64,000 nucleotides of DNA from a virus: positions 192,001 to 256,000 of the IMG/VR virus record IMGVR_UViG_3300010224_000001, one strand, 5' to 3'. The notes under the pieces were generated by a model. That model was not told the origin of the DNA, made no database searches, and was given only the letters and a program-made list of their open reading frames with translations. Positions 1 through 9,606 of the stretch are shown piece by piece. How positions within the stretch are numbered: the first letter of the stretch is position 1; each line of letters opens with the position of its first letter. The position numbers were made by a program, and so were the translations under genes.

Positions 1-2
1 AA

Positions 3-434
3 CTCATCAAACAAAGTATTCCAAGCGCGAAGCGTGTCAACAGGAGGATGACTCCACGCGCCACGATCACCACGGCCGCCATTGTTGGTACGACCATGCG
101 GTACAGCTTGCTCGATAGCCGATCGGATAGCAAACAGGTTGTCAGGAAGATCGCTAGCAGTCAGTGTAGTTTTAGCAGCCATCATGCCGCAGCCAATATC
201 CACACCTACCGCAGCTGGAATAATCGCACCTAACGTGGGAATCACACTACCGATGGTGGAGCCTTTGCCGACATGCACGTCCGGCATCACAGCGATGTGT
301 TTGTAGATGAACGGCATCTTAGCGATATTCGACAGCTGTACTTTGGCTTCTTCTTCGACCGGAACACCTTTAGTCCACATCTTGATCGGTTTGCTGCCTT
401 CGTTGTTCAGGACTTCGTAGTTGTCTTGAGACAT
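3..434 (-). CDS. rtcB: RNA-splicing/repair ligase RtcB, N-terminal part (runs off left edge)
   Basis: Not in ORF track; manual translation from ATG at 434: MSQDNYEVL...PIKMWTKGVPVEEEA...AVMPDVHVGKGSTIGSVIPT..AIIPAAVGVDIGCGM, with the RtcB PDxH and VGVDIGCG motifs. Confidence 0.95.
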   Translation of the reverse strand, partial: MSQDNYEVLNNEGSKPIKMWTKGVPVEEEAKVQLSNIAKMPFIYKHIAVMPDVHVGKGSTIGSVIPTLGAIIPAAVGVDIGCGMMAAKTTLTASDLPDNLFAIRSAIEQAVPHGRTNNGGRGDRGAWSHPPVDTLRAWNTLFDE

Positions 435-444
435 GCTTCTTTCC

Positions 445-1215
445 TTATTGTTCGTTATTAATAAAATGCAAATCGCCACGAGGAATCTTGAGATTACCCA
501 TGCGTTTTTCTAACAACTCCATTGCTTCTTCGCATGCGATCCGCAGGATGTCATTGGACACGAGGTCTTTAAACAATGTTACGTTAGGATCACGTCGGAA
601 GCTAAACAGATAATTTTGATCGAAGATTTTTGTATGGCCGTAAACGCGATACGGATTCTTCTTATACGTACGCTTACTGGTCTGTGCATGAAACCATACA
701 CCATTGCCGAGATCAAGCAAGATGCGCGGCGGTGCAGTCATATCGTCCGGATCAAAAATGAGTTTAGAACCAGTCGGAAAGGGATGGAAGATGCTGTTCC
801 ATAATGCATCTATCATTACCTTTGTCAGGGTGGGCATCTTAGCTTCAATCGTTGCGTTACCAAATTTTAATTTGGAAAGGCCGCCGAGTTCAAAAGAATA
901 CCTCAAACTTTCAACAAGATAATGTTTTGCATTATCAATCTTTTTTACTTCTTCGTCGTTGAGATTGACATCTTCCGGAAATGTTAATTTAACATCGTGC
1001 TGACACGTGATCGGTTGTTCGTTAGAAAAGTTGAGGTACAGATCTTTATAACTGGTTTTGTAATCAGTAGCTAAACCGTTTACAGAAGGTTCTTTGATTG
1101 ATGCTGTGATACGAAAGCCAGGTAGTTCAGAAAGAACATTGACTTTCTTACCGTCATGCTCGAGGACATCGATCGTTACGAAAGGAAGGGGGATTTCATG
1201 GATTTTCTTAAACAT
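445..1215 (-). CDS. hypothetical protein (paralog family with 23070-23879 and 30047-30886)
   Basis: 256 aa ORF with RBS; shares LP(F/Y)(V/I)T start and L-x-LG-N..G.....F..R region with the two paralogs. Confidence 0.75.
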   Translation of the reverse strand: MFKKIHEIPLPFVTIDVLEHDGKKVNVLSELPGFRITASIKEPSVNGLATDYKTSYKDLYLNFSNEQPITCQHDVKLTFPEDVNLNDEEVKKIDNAKHYLVESLRYSFELGGLSKLKFGNATIEAKMPTLTKVMIDALWNSIFHPFPTGSKLIFDPDDMTAPPRILLDLGNGVWFHAQTSKRTYKKNPYRVYGHTKIFDQNYLFSFRRDPNVTLFKDLVSNDILRIACEEAMELLEKRMGNLKIPRGDLHFINNEQ

Positions 1216-1330
1216 GGTATTTTCCTATAAAAGGAGATGCGATTCTGACAAGCATAGGTCGCATGGAGTTACTGATTAGAATATTCTAATCAGGGTGAAA
1301 CAGGAACATTATCTATTCCTATTCTTACTA

Positions 1331-1348
1331 GTAATGTATGCCTAAAAT
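1331..1348 (-). promoter_or_regulatory. putative phiKZ-type early promoter
   Basis: Minus strand ATTTTAGGCATACATTAC resembles the TATATTAC early consensus; related motifs at 21062, 34833, 35892, 48453, 53505. Confidence 0.5.
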
Positions 1349-1361
1349 GTCTTAGGACAAC

Positions 1362-1398
1362 AAAAAAAAGAGGTAGGATTCCTACCTCTCTTATGACG
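1362..1398. terminator. hairpin terminator with T-tract on minus and TTATGACG tail on plus
   Basis: AGAGGTAGG-ATT-CCTACCTCT inverted repeat flanked by an A-run and TTATGACG. Confidence 0.7.
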
Positions 1399-1399
1399 C

Positions 1400-2539
1400 T
1401 TATTCAACAATCATGCGGGAATACTCTTCAACGATTTCCATGACTTGATCGAACTCTTCGCATTGCAACACATCGATAATGAAACGCAGACGTTGTTTAT
1501 TATCTTTCAAATGCCAATGGATAGCGTTCCAACCATGATCTTCAAGTGACTTATCCTTCACCTGAATGATGCAATGAAGTTGCAATGGATCTTGAATACC
1601 ATCCTCGTAGTCAAATGCAATAACTACTGGACAATCATCTGCTTTAAGGATGGCCTTGCCTTGTTCATATTCGACTTCGAATTGAACGATAAGCGAAGTC
1701 ATGTCCCCTTCGCCTTCGACATTTGAAGATACGAGATCGTACAGGAAATTCACGTCGAATTCCTTACGCCACTCTTCGTACTTGGTAATCTCTGCATCAA
1801 AGAGCTTTACGCCATCCCCATCGTAACCATACGCCGGAATACCGAAAGACGGTTCTTTACCCCAGTCGATGGTTTCAGGTTCGTACTTCTCACGCAGATG
1901 GAGAATCTTACGCTCCAACTCCGCAAAAGCCAAGGCTAGCATATATTCGCCTGAACTGATATCGAAGTCTACTGCTTTAGGCACGCCATCCATGCCAACA
2001 ATGCTAGCTTTCTTACCGTTTTCTGTGACGATAAAGTAACCTTGATCGCCAGCTAAAACGACAGTAGGATTCTTCAACATTTCTTCAATGTGACTATCCT
2101 CTTCCTTTTGCTTTGCCTCAATCTGTTTAAAACGCTCAACACACAAACTGATCACCTTTGCTTTATTCTCGATCGACGGTTTAGGCGCCATTGCGATCTC
2201 CGTTACAAACGCCTTTTCACGTTTTGCAAAAGGAGTAATTAGCATGCCAGCTTCACTCCACAGGGCCATGGGAATAAACTTCAGTGCTTGCTGAACGTAA
2301 GTGCTAAACTCACCATCGACAGTTGGATCGTATTTCTTTAGCGCTTCTTCCATTTCAGTGCGGTAGCATTCGAAATCTTTTACCAGGGTATCGAAGATAC
2401 CTTTCGGCAGCAGGATCGCATTGTTTTGCTCTTGTACAGAATCACTACCAGTAAGAAGCTTGGTGTCGCCTTCTGTTTCAATGTTGTAAGCAAACTTCAA
2501 GAAGTCTTCGAGAGTGATCGGATGCGATGTAGTATTCAT
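1400..2539 (-). CDS. hypothetical protein
   Basis: 379 aa ORF tiling with neighbours. Confidence 0.75.
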   Translation of the reverse strand: MNTTSHPITLEDFLKFAYNIETEGDTKLLTGSDSVQEQNNAILLPKGIFDTLVKDFECYRTEMEEALKKYDPTVDGEFSTYVQQALKFIPMALWSEAGMLITPFAKREKAFVTEIAMAPKPSIENKAKVISLCVERFKQIEAKQKEEDSHIEEMLKNPTVVLAGDQGYFIVTENGKKASIVGMDGVPKAVDFDISSGEYMLALAFAELERKILHLREKYEPETIDWGKEPSFGIPAYGYDGDGVKLFDAEITKYEEWRKEFDVNFLYDLVSSNVEGEGDMTSLIVQFEVEYEQGKAILKADDCPVVIAFDYEDGIQDPLQLHCIIQVKDKSLEDHGWNAIHWHLKDNKQRLRFIIDVLQCEEFDQVMEIVEEYSRMIVE

Positions 2540-2594
2540 GTTGGACTCGTCATAAACGCCAGGAGAAATTTTCCTCCTGGCTTATTGTTAATTA

Positions 2595-2999
2595 TTAGTG
2601 TTTAGCAGCACTGACCATCACACCGGTTTCATTACCAGTATTAGGACGTGCCATCAGACTCATTGCATCCAGAAGACGCGGCACCTCATCGACCGTGTCG
2701 ATATCGATTAAGCGATACTCGGCAGAACGCGAAATGCGCAGCGCCAGACGCACGCCTACGTATTCACCATCACGACGGAAAGCGCGCAGTGTATAGCGAT
2801 TACCATCCGCGGTATGGAATTCATGGACGTTGTTACCAGTCTTCCACAGAGTAAATCCCAGCGCAGTCATCTTATCCTTCATGGCGTCGATGAATGGCAG
2901 GATTGCTTTAGCGTGATGGTCAGCGTTGTCGTAGCTACCTTCGATACCCTTGCTATCTTTACGCAGCAGCTTTACTTCAGTTTGTACATTGTGAGACAT
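2595..2999 (-). CDS. hypothetical protein
   Basis: 134 aa ORF, AGGAG RBS, terminator downstream at 2548-2581. Confidence 0.75.
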   Translation of the reverse strand: MSHNVQTEVKLLRKDSKGIEGSYDNADHHAKAILPFIDAMKDKMTALGFTLWKTGNNVHEFHTADGNRYTLRAFRRDGEYVGVRLALRISRSAEYRLIDIDTVDEVPRLLDAMSLMARPNTGNETGVMVSAAKH

Positions 3000-3117
3000 A
3001 ATAGCTCCTTAGTTGCAGCTTATTTAGTTTACAGCGAAATTGCTATAAACCGACTCGATCCCAAAATCTGAGTCAAAGAATTGGTGAGCTAGGTTATTTT
3101 TTCATCGTTACGAATAA

Positions 3118-3152
3118 ACGGCATAAAGTCGAGAACCCGAAGGCTCTCGACT
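3118..3152 (-). terminator. hairpin + TTTATGCCGT
   Basis: GTCGAGA-ACCCGAAGGC-TCTCGAC hairpin, nearly identical to the one at 53532. Confidence 0.7.
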
Positions 3153-3161
3153 CTACGTCAA

Positions 3162-4889
3162 TTAGCTGTAACGGTCAATGAGGTACTTGGTCTTGATACC
3201 ATTCGTGACGACATGGATTTCGTAACCGAGACCGCCGCCGGGATGGTTGTGAACAGCCAGACCACCGAACGGTTCCAGACCTTCCGGTTGCGGTTCCATC
3301 TTACCACTCGTGAAGAAGTTCTCCAGAGTGGAACGGATTTCATGCAAGTCGTTATGCACCCACGATGCAGCCAGCGGGATCTGTTGAAGACCTGTATCCT
3401 TGGCGCCTTCCAGAGCCATGATCAGCGTTACGTTATCGCCAGTAGCAGCGCCCGGTTCTTTCATTTCGTGCGGCACAACAACGATGGCATTAACCGGCAC
3501 CAGAGTGAACGGTTGCAGGTTCCATTGTTGAGCGAACGAGCCCTTATCGTAACGATAAGCAGCAAGCGGATTACGCGCATTCTCATCGTCCCAAGCCATC
3601 AGAGGCGCAGCTTCCGGATCAACCGAAGTCGATACCGTCATGAAATCCATCCGGCTTGCTGTGACACGAACAAACAGGTTATCAGCCGTAGCCAACACTT
3701 CCTGTTTGAAACGCACCCACGACATGATACCGCCGTCGATGGTAGTCGGCAGTTGCGAAGCAGTGACCTTTGGAGCCACATCTTCTTTGGTTTTCAGATG
3801 ACCGAACAGACCTTGCTTAGCTTCCTCTTTGGCTTCCTTGACTTCCTTCGGTTCCCACACTTTGTACACCATCTCTTCCAGTGTAGCGAAGCGGCGCTTC
3901 AAAGCAGAAGCCAGACCCAGAGCTTCAAAGACCTTTTCTGCACGCATTACATTACCTTGCGTCGGTGGCGTTTGAGCACGGCCTTTCGTCAGCGAATCCG
4001 TTTGTTCCTTCCAACGTTTCTTCGCCAGGTCAAAGCTCATACCTTTCTCGATACCCTTGATGAATTCACCCAGAACAGTCGAGCCGATGTGAGTGCGATC
4101 TTTGTAGAGAGTCGCGACAGCATGCCAGACCAGACGAGCTTTCTGACGACGATCCTTCATCTCGTATGCGGTCTTCTGGAATTCGATGAACCATTCGAGA
4201 GTCTCGATGTACTTCTTCTCGTGACGCATGTCGCGCTCGTTCTTGAAGTAAATCAGAACTTTCTTTACGGTTTCCGGATTGAGAGAGGCGTCTTCGAACT
4301 TCTCTTCGCCACCTTTCTCTTTAATGCGACGCTTAACGAAACCCAGCGCTTCACTCAGAATACGGTAGTCTTCACGCGATTCGGAGATAGCTTGACCAGG
4401 CGTCTTCGTCCTCGAGAATTGCGGAACAATGGCACGCTGAACTTGCAGGTGATTGAAGGTATTCAGTTCAATCTGACCCAGCGTCTCGAAGCGGCTATAC
4501 CACACAGCTTCGATGTTTGCTTTCTCGACCAGAGCTTTCATCGCCTCGAACGAAGCACGGAAGTACGGGTCAACTTTATCGACCGCCGACCACATGGCGG
4601 AGACCAGATTGAAAACGCCTTGTGCATCTTTCTCGATAAAGACCAGGCGACCATAGCGACGGATGAAGTCCAGGCAGCACGAGCAGGTATTACGCTTGGC
4701 TTGGTCGTCAGCGAAACCACTCAGGAAAGCTGCTTGAATTGCTTCGTCGGTTACGTCAGTCATGAAGATGTTGGAATTCTTCATGTTGACTTTGTTGAAG
4801 TTGGCTTCGATGATCTTCGACAGCACGACATAGCGACCGTCGAGTTCTTCTTTTGCTTGAATGTTCGGTTGTTGCAGTACAGTTTCCAT
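3162..4889 (-). CDS. conserved phage hypothetical protein with CSCC motif
   Basis: 575 aa, NTCSCCLDFIRRYG motif, phage-like codon usage. Confidence 0.8.
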   Translation of the reverse strand: METVLQQPNIQAKEELDGRYVVLSKIIEANFNKVNMKNSNIFMTDVTDEAIQAAFLSGFADDQAKRNTCSCCLDFIRRYGRLVFIEKDAQGVFNLVSAMWSAVDKVDPYFRASFEAMKALVEKANIEAVWYSRFETLGQIELNTFNHLQVQRAIVPQFSRTKTPGQAISESREDYRILSEALGFVKRRIKEKGGEEKFEDASLNPETVKKVLIYFKNERDMRHEKKYIETLEWFIEFQKTAYEMKDRRQKARLVWHAVATLYKDRTHIGSTVLGEFIKGIEKGMSFDLAKKRWKEQTDSLTKGRAQTPPTQGNVMRAEKVFEALGLASALKRRFATLEEMVYKVWEPKEVKEAKEEAKQGLFGHLKTKEDVAPKVTASQLPTTIDGGIMSWVRFKQEVLATADNLFVRVTASRMDFMTVSTSVDPEAAPLMAWDDENARNPLAAYRYDKGSFAQQWNLQPFTLVPVNAIVVVPHEMKEPGAATGDNVTLIMALEGAKDTGLQQIPLAASWVHNDLHEIRSTLENFFTSGKMEPQPEGLEPFGGLAVHNHPGGGLGYEIHVVTNGIKTKYLIDRYS

Positions 4890-4973
4890 TATTACTTATT
4901 TTCCTATGTTAATTGGACTGACGTCATTTATTGCATTTTATTAACAACGCCAGTCTTTTTTCACTTTTTGATA

Positions 4974-5612
4974 TTACTGGTAATCCAGCGGTTGTGGAGA
5001 AGCTGACTTAAGATCGTCTTCAACATCAGCGACAATTGCTTCGAGAGTAGAAGCATAGAAGTCGTAGGAAACGACAGGTGTATAAGGATAGTAATACAGC
5101 TTACAAATATTACCTTGTTCAGACACCTTAAGACGTTCTTCTGTGCTAACAAAATCTTCGTCCTCAACCTCCGTTATGCTAAGAAACGCACCAAGGTCGT
5201 GACCACTACTGAACTGAGGATTATACTGAATGCCTAGTGAAGTGTTATTGTCCTGATGTACGATGAGTGTTTTGAGAAGACGTTCAAGTTTATGGATATC
5301 TACTTGAGCTGGTAGATTAGCTTGACCACGACCAAATACGCGCGCAACAACAGTCGTCAGAAGTCGATAAAGATTGTCACTGTACAGAGTGAGAACAGGT
5401 GCATCTTTACTCTGCATATAAAACTTCCAGACAGTGTTAGTCTGAATCGCATTATCTCGATCGATTGGGGAAGACCAATCTTTATCGCTCCATTCTCTAC
5501 TTACTTCTTCCACAGTTTGATAATTCAGACGTGGACCATTGTATTCCAAGAATACAGAGATGTTGTTATCAGTAATTCGTTTAAACAGAGCGTCAAGAAG
5601 TTGGATGTTCAT
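4974..5612 (-). CDS. hypothetical protein
   Basis: 212 aa ORF with RBS. Confidence 0.7.
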   Translation of the reverse strand: MNIQLLDALFKRITDNNISVFLEYNGPRLNYQTVEEVSREWSDKDWSSPIDRDNAIQTNTVWKFYMQSKDAPVLTLYSDNLYRLLTTVVARVFGRGQANLPAQVDIHKLERLLKTLIVHQDNNTSLGIQYNPQFSSGHDLGAFLSITEVEDEDFVSTEERLKVSEQGNICKLYYYPYTPVVSYDFYASTLEAIVADVEDDLKSASPQPLDYQ

Positions 5613-5628
5613 TATAATTCCTTTTTAT

Positions 5629-5877
5629 TTAGTCATCAGAACCGAAATCAAAATCTAGATCCCAGTCGCTATCGTGATTGCAACAGTGACTTGAACCACC
5701 ACCTGATGTACCTGAGAACATACCTAGGGAATAGAAGAACACTACTGCAAACACAATACACAATACGATCGCTACAAACAAACCAGGAACACCGTATTCT
5801 CCAAGTTTTGGAATAAAAACCGTGTAGTGTAGAATATTCAGTGCTACTGCAAAAATAAACTTCAAGATCGATTTCAT
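5629..5877 (-). CDS. small membrane protein
   Basis: Two hydrophobic helices; resembles adjacent 5906-6100. Confidence 0.6.
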   Translation of the reverse strand: MKSILKFIFAVALNILHYTVFIPKLGEYGVPGLFVAIVLCIVFAVVFFYSLGMFSGTSGGGSSHCCNHDSDWDLDFDFGSDD

Positions 5878-5905
5878 GTTGTTGTTATTCCCTAGTTAAT
5901 TCTAG

Positions 5906-6100
5906 TTAAGTAGTGATTGTTTTCTCTTCTGGCTTAATCATGCCGATCGACACCAGGAAGACAGCTGCGAAGAAGAAAGTCAAAACAATAGCGATGGCGA
6001 TACCTATCGGTCCGGTCGTTTCCAAACGATGGAACACAAAGGCGTGGAAGATCACGTTAAGCATGATCGCGGTCAAGACGTCTAGGATAACCATCATCAT
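5906..6100 (-). CDS. small membrane protein
   Basis: Two hydrophobic helices; tandem paralog-like of 5629-5877. Confidence 0.6.
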   Translation of the reverse strand: MMMVILDVLTAIMLNVIFHAFVFHRLETTGPIGIAIAIVLTFFFAAVFLVSIGMIKPEEKTITT

Positions 6101-6588
6101 TGTTCTGTTCCTTTCATAAGTTCAAAAGCTTTCTCTAACGATTCGCCGAGATTGAGGTAGTAACCGTTTGGATCTTTACTCCATGGGTTACCGCCAAAGA
6201 CACCAGCAACCTGATGAAGCGAGATAGGGATGGCCAGCGTTATGCCTGGAAGGTACAGAAGATCCTGCGCAAACCAGGTACGCAATTCATCATCGTAGTG
6301 ATCATAAATGACAGCAGCACCCAGACGGGTATTGACTGCAAGAATACGACGACCATGATCGCTGATAGCACGGACAACTTTACCGTAGGGTAGCGAAGTA
6401 AAGTCCGAATGATAAACAGCAGCATCCATCGATGTGTGTTTGTTATCCGGAATCTTAGTTTCCCATTCAGCATTGAAATCGATAGTATCAGTAACTTCCG
6501 TCCAACGCATGGTAAAGAACTCTACGATCTCACGATCACGTTGAATATATGCTGGTACGTTAGACATCGGTATCCTCCTCAAAGTCAT
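6097..6588 (-). CDS. hypothetical protein
   Basis: ORF coupled to neighbours; true start probably the internal MSNVP. Confidence 0.65.
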   Translation of the reverse strand: MTLRRIPMSNVPAYIQRDREIVEFFTMRWTEVTDTIDFNAEWETKIPDNKHTSMDAAVYHSDFTSLPYGKVVRAISDHGRRILAVNTRLGAAVIYDHYDDELRTWFAQDLLYLPGITLAIPISLHQVAGVFGGNPWSKDPNGYYLNLGESLEKAFELMKGTEQ

Positions 6589-7699
6589 TCATGCAGTTCT
6601 TGATATAGTCAATCACTTCCCAGCGACCGTTCTCGACTACCCATTGTTCAAAGCTATGCCAACGAGTATCTTTCAGCGGTAAGCTATTCTTGCAATAGGT
6701 CATGAATCGACCCAGCTTCTCGCCAGAGTAACCAGTCGTCTCACTTACCAGCTTACCATTCCAATGCTGCTTAGCTTGACGCTTGATGATTTCGACGGTT
6801 TCGATATTCTTGTATTCTGCTTCCAGACCAGGAAACGTAGAATAAGCCACCACCAAGAAACCATTTCGTTCCGTATTACGACGATACAGATCATAGTCAG
6901 TCGCATTCTTCGGATCATAAACATGCCAGGCAGATTTATCCAGTTCTGGTTTATCAGCCATCCATTCCAAGAAACCACGATAAGAAGAACGTTTTGCATC
7001 ACGAGCGCGAGACTTGTGGTTACGATTCTCCAGCTGGAACGGTAGACGGCTAAAGTACTGCGTCGAAGCTGCATATTCGTAAACTTCTTCCAGGGTATTG
7101 AAGCCTTGTTTGAAACGATTGTAATCGTAACCCAAGAAATCAAACACCTTAGCAGTATCACGACTTACGAGGATCTTACCAACAACCTCGTCTTCAACAC
7201 GCACTTCTTTCCAGAAACCATCCCAACCGTATTTGAAGCCCATGCGCTCAGCGATACGACCCATGAAATTACCGAGGTCATTGAAAGCATAATAAACACG
7301 AGCTGCGTGGAATTCATTGCGGTTTACAAGGATGAGATCAACCTGCAGACCTTGCACGTCAAACGAAACCGAGAAGCAATCTGGACTTACTTCAGGAACA
7401 CTGTCATCCCACTTGTAAGAAAACGGTGAGCCACCGAAACGATTCACCACCATGTTCTGCGGTGCGAATGCTTTGTGAATGATGCTGATCCAGTTGGCAG
7501 GCAGTTCATCGCGTTCGAGGATGATGTCGCCATCGCCAAAGCTTTCTTTATTAGCATAAGCTTTGACAGGAGCGAGCATGGACCAGGAAAACATATTGCT
7601 GAGTTTCCAGCAAGTGCGTTCCATGATGCGATGATATTCGTCTGCTGGCTTACGACCAGGCTTGACATCGTAAGTTTGATCTACGGCATTACCACCCAT
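6560..7699 (-). CDS. putative nucleotidyltransferase (Pol-beta-like superfamily)
   Basis: KESFGDGDIIL (GDxD) and QVDLI acidic motifs; N-terminal MGGNA typical of a jumbo-phage NTase family. Confidence 0.65.
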   Translation of the reverse strand: MGGNAVDQTYDVKPGRKPADEYHRIMERTCWKLSNMFSWSMLAPVKAYANKESFGDGDIILERDELPANWISIIHKAFAPQNMVVNRFGGSPFSYKWDDSVPEVSPDCFSVSFDVQGLQVDLILVNRNEFHAARVYYAFNDLGNFMGRIAERMGFKYGWDGFWKEVRVEDEVVGKILVSRDTAKVFDFLGYDYNRFKQGFNTLEEVYEYAASTQYFSRLPFQLENRNHKSRARDAKRSSYRGFLEWMADKPELDKSAWHVYDPKNATDYDLYRRNTERNGFLVVAYSTFPGLEAEYKNIETVEIIKRQAKQHWNGKLVSETTGYSGEKLGRFMTYCKNSLPLKDTRWHSFEQWVVENGRWEVIDYIKNCMNDFEEDTDV

Positions 7700-7701
7700 G
7701 T

Positions 7702-8103
7702 TTATTCCCTTTCTTTACTAGTTTGGAAACGCTCCGGATATTGTTTAGCATAGCTATTATAGATAGCCAAACATTCCGCTTCCGTCGGACGACGAGGCGC
7801 ATCCCTTTCGAACAGCAGCCACATTGCTTGGGTGCGGCCACGTCGTTTATACCACTGCACCCAGAGTGTCATTGCTTCACCAACACCTGGAATTTGACAG
7901 ACGTTAATTGTCGAATAACGTTCATCGTTTTCCAAGTTCACCAGATGTACGTCACTGATATCTTCAAGTTCGGCAATATCACGAATCTTACCAACGGTAG
8001 CGCAGTTCCAGTTATCGGCATTGAAAAGCGCATCTTCGAAAGCACACTTGGGGTCAGTGCCGTTCCAGGGTTTACCGCGCTCAATACAAGCTTTGCATGG
8101 CAT
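7702..8103 (-). CDS. hypothetical protein (Cys-rich)
   Basis: CxxC N-terminus, WYKRRG motif. Confidence 0.65.
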   Translation of the reverse strand: MPCKACIERGKPWNGTDPKCAFEDALFNADNWNCATVGKIRDIAELEDISDVHLVNLENDERYSTINVCQIPGVGEAMTLWVQWYKRRGRTQAMWLLFERDAPRRPTEAECLAIYNSYAKQYPERFQTSKERE

Positions 8104-9347
8104 TATACTTCTCCTTTAAGTTCTCTAAGTAGTTTCTTAACAGCCGAAACACGAACAGCATGGATCGCGTCCTTAAGTTCTCGAACATTCGTCCTGGCTT
8201 TCTGCTGATACTTAACCGCCACGACACCTACTGCCACGCCGCGTGCGGCTGACATAGCTGTCCGGCAGTATTCGGCTTGTGGATAAGGACGATCTTTGAA
8301 CGACACCGTTCTACTAGCTCGACCTCGAGCATCGCACATTGCGGCATCAATGACTTTCAAGAAGCGTTCAGGACGGCGATAGATATCGCAACGTTCAAAC
8401 ATCTTCACCAAAGTAGCAACGCGAATGTCCATAGCCCTGTGAATGTTAAGATGCTCGCGAGAAGTCATTACGGCAATCTCCTCGCAATCCTTAGGAATAC
8501 GCATCCGTTCGCAAATAGCCTTAATCAACGGAACACCAGCTTCTTCATGACCGTGGTGACTTGGCCACTGATCTTCAGGTGTTACTCCTTTGCCAACATC
8601 ATGCATCAACACTGCAAAACGAGTTTCGAGATCATAACCCATTTCAGCAGCATAATTGAGAGAGAGTTCAATGTGTGCTCCTGTCCAAATCTCAGGATGA
8701 TGTTGTTCAGCTTGGGGCACATGCCAGAGTCGATCTAACTCTGGAAAGAAACCAGCCATCAAACCAAAAGCCGTCATCATGGTAAACATCCGTCCTGGTT
8801 TAACTTCCATCAAACCACGAGAAAATTCTTTCCAGATACGCTCCGGGTTAGCACCAACCAATCGATTCTCTAAGAACAACCTTCTCGATAACCAGAATGT
8901 GTCAGTGTCGATTTTAAAGTCAAGATATCGTGCATAGAACCTGCACAACCGAAACGTACGAATCGGGTCTTCTCTGAAGCTTTCTTCAGACACCATTCGC
9001 AGTACTTTGTTCTGAATGTCAGCGCGGCCGTTATGCGGGTCGATGTATTCACGGGTTTCCGGATCATACGCAATCGCATTAATCGTCAGATCACGCTTAG
9101 CCAGATCCTCTTCCAGTGTTACACTGGGATCGAAGGTGGCCACGCCGCCCTGACGTTCACGACGTGCTAGCGAATACTCTTCTTTTGTGAATGGATGCAG
9201 AAAGGTCGGGAAGTCTTTACCGACTTGAATGTAGCCGAGACTAATCATTACCTCAGCAGTAGTGCCTACTACGACCCAGTCTTTATCCTTGGGTGTAATT
9301 CCCATCAGCTGATCTCTTACAGCTCCACCTACTAAATAGACTTTCAT
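8103..9347 (-). CDS. cca: multifunctional CCA tRNA nucleotidyltransferase / HD phosphatase
   Basis: MKVYLVGGAVRD..KDKDWVV, EDLAKRDLTINAIA, EDPIR, ERIWKE, HHPE, LMHDVGKG HD motif. Confidence 0.95.
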   Translation of the reverse strand: MKVYLVGGAVRDQLMGITPKDKDWVVVGTTAEVMISLGYIQVGKDFPTFLHPFTKEEYSLARRERQGGVATFDPSVTLEEDLAKRDLTINAIAYDPETREYIDPHNGRADIQNKVLRMVSEESFREDPIRTFRLCRFYARYLDFKIDTDTFWLSRRLFLENRLVGANPERIWKEFSRGLMEVKPGRMFTMMTAFGLMAGFFPELDRLWHVPQAEQHHPEIWTGAHIELSLNYAAEMGYDLETRFAVLMHDVGKGVTPEDQWPSHHGHEEAGVPLIKAICERMRIPKDCEEIAVMTSREHLNIHRAMDIRVATLVKMFERCDIYRRPERFLKVIDAAMCDARGRASRTVSFKDRPYPQAEYCRTAMSAARGVAVGVVAVKYQQKARTNVRELKDAIHAVRVSAVKKLLRELKGEV

Positions 9348-9589
9348 TTACTCTTCCTTCTCTTTTGTCTCGCCATAAATGGCGTAAAGCCTAATACAAC
9401 AAAACTGAATGTCAGAATTACGGTTGATATCCAGTCTAGAACATCTTTCCAGTTATTGACATGCAAAGTGTGATATCGCAAATACTCTTGCCAGACCACG
9501 CCATTTAGCGTGATCAGCAGAGCAAGCCAGATAAACGCCACAAGAGTTACAACAACGGAACATACCGCATTTACTATTTTGTTTAACAT
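9344..9589 (-). CDS. small membrane protein
   Basis: Two TM-like segments, basic C-terminus. Confidence 0.55.
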   Translation of the reverse strand: MLNKIVNAVCSVVVTLVAFIWLALLITLNGVVWQEYLRYHTLHVNNWKDVLDWISTVILTFSFVVLGFTPFMARQKRRKSK

Positions 9590-9606
9590 GACTTGCTCTT
9601 AAAAGG

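Noticed and set aside
3213-5006. 597 aa plus-strand ORF (and similar long antisense ORFs at 9613, 13811, 30059, 59155)
   Set aside because: In-register antisense shadows of real minus-strand genes; unnatural composition and no RBS
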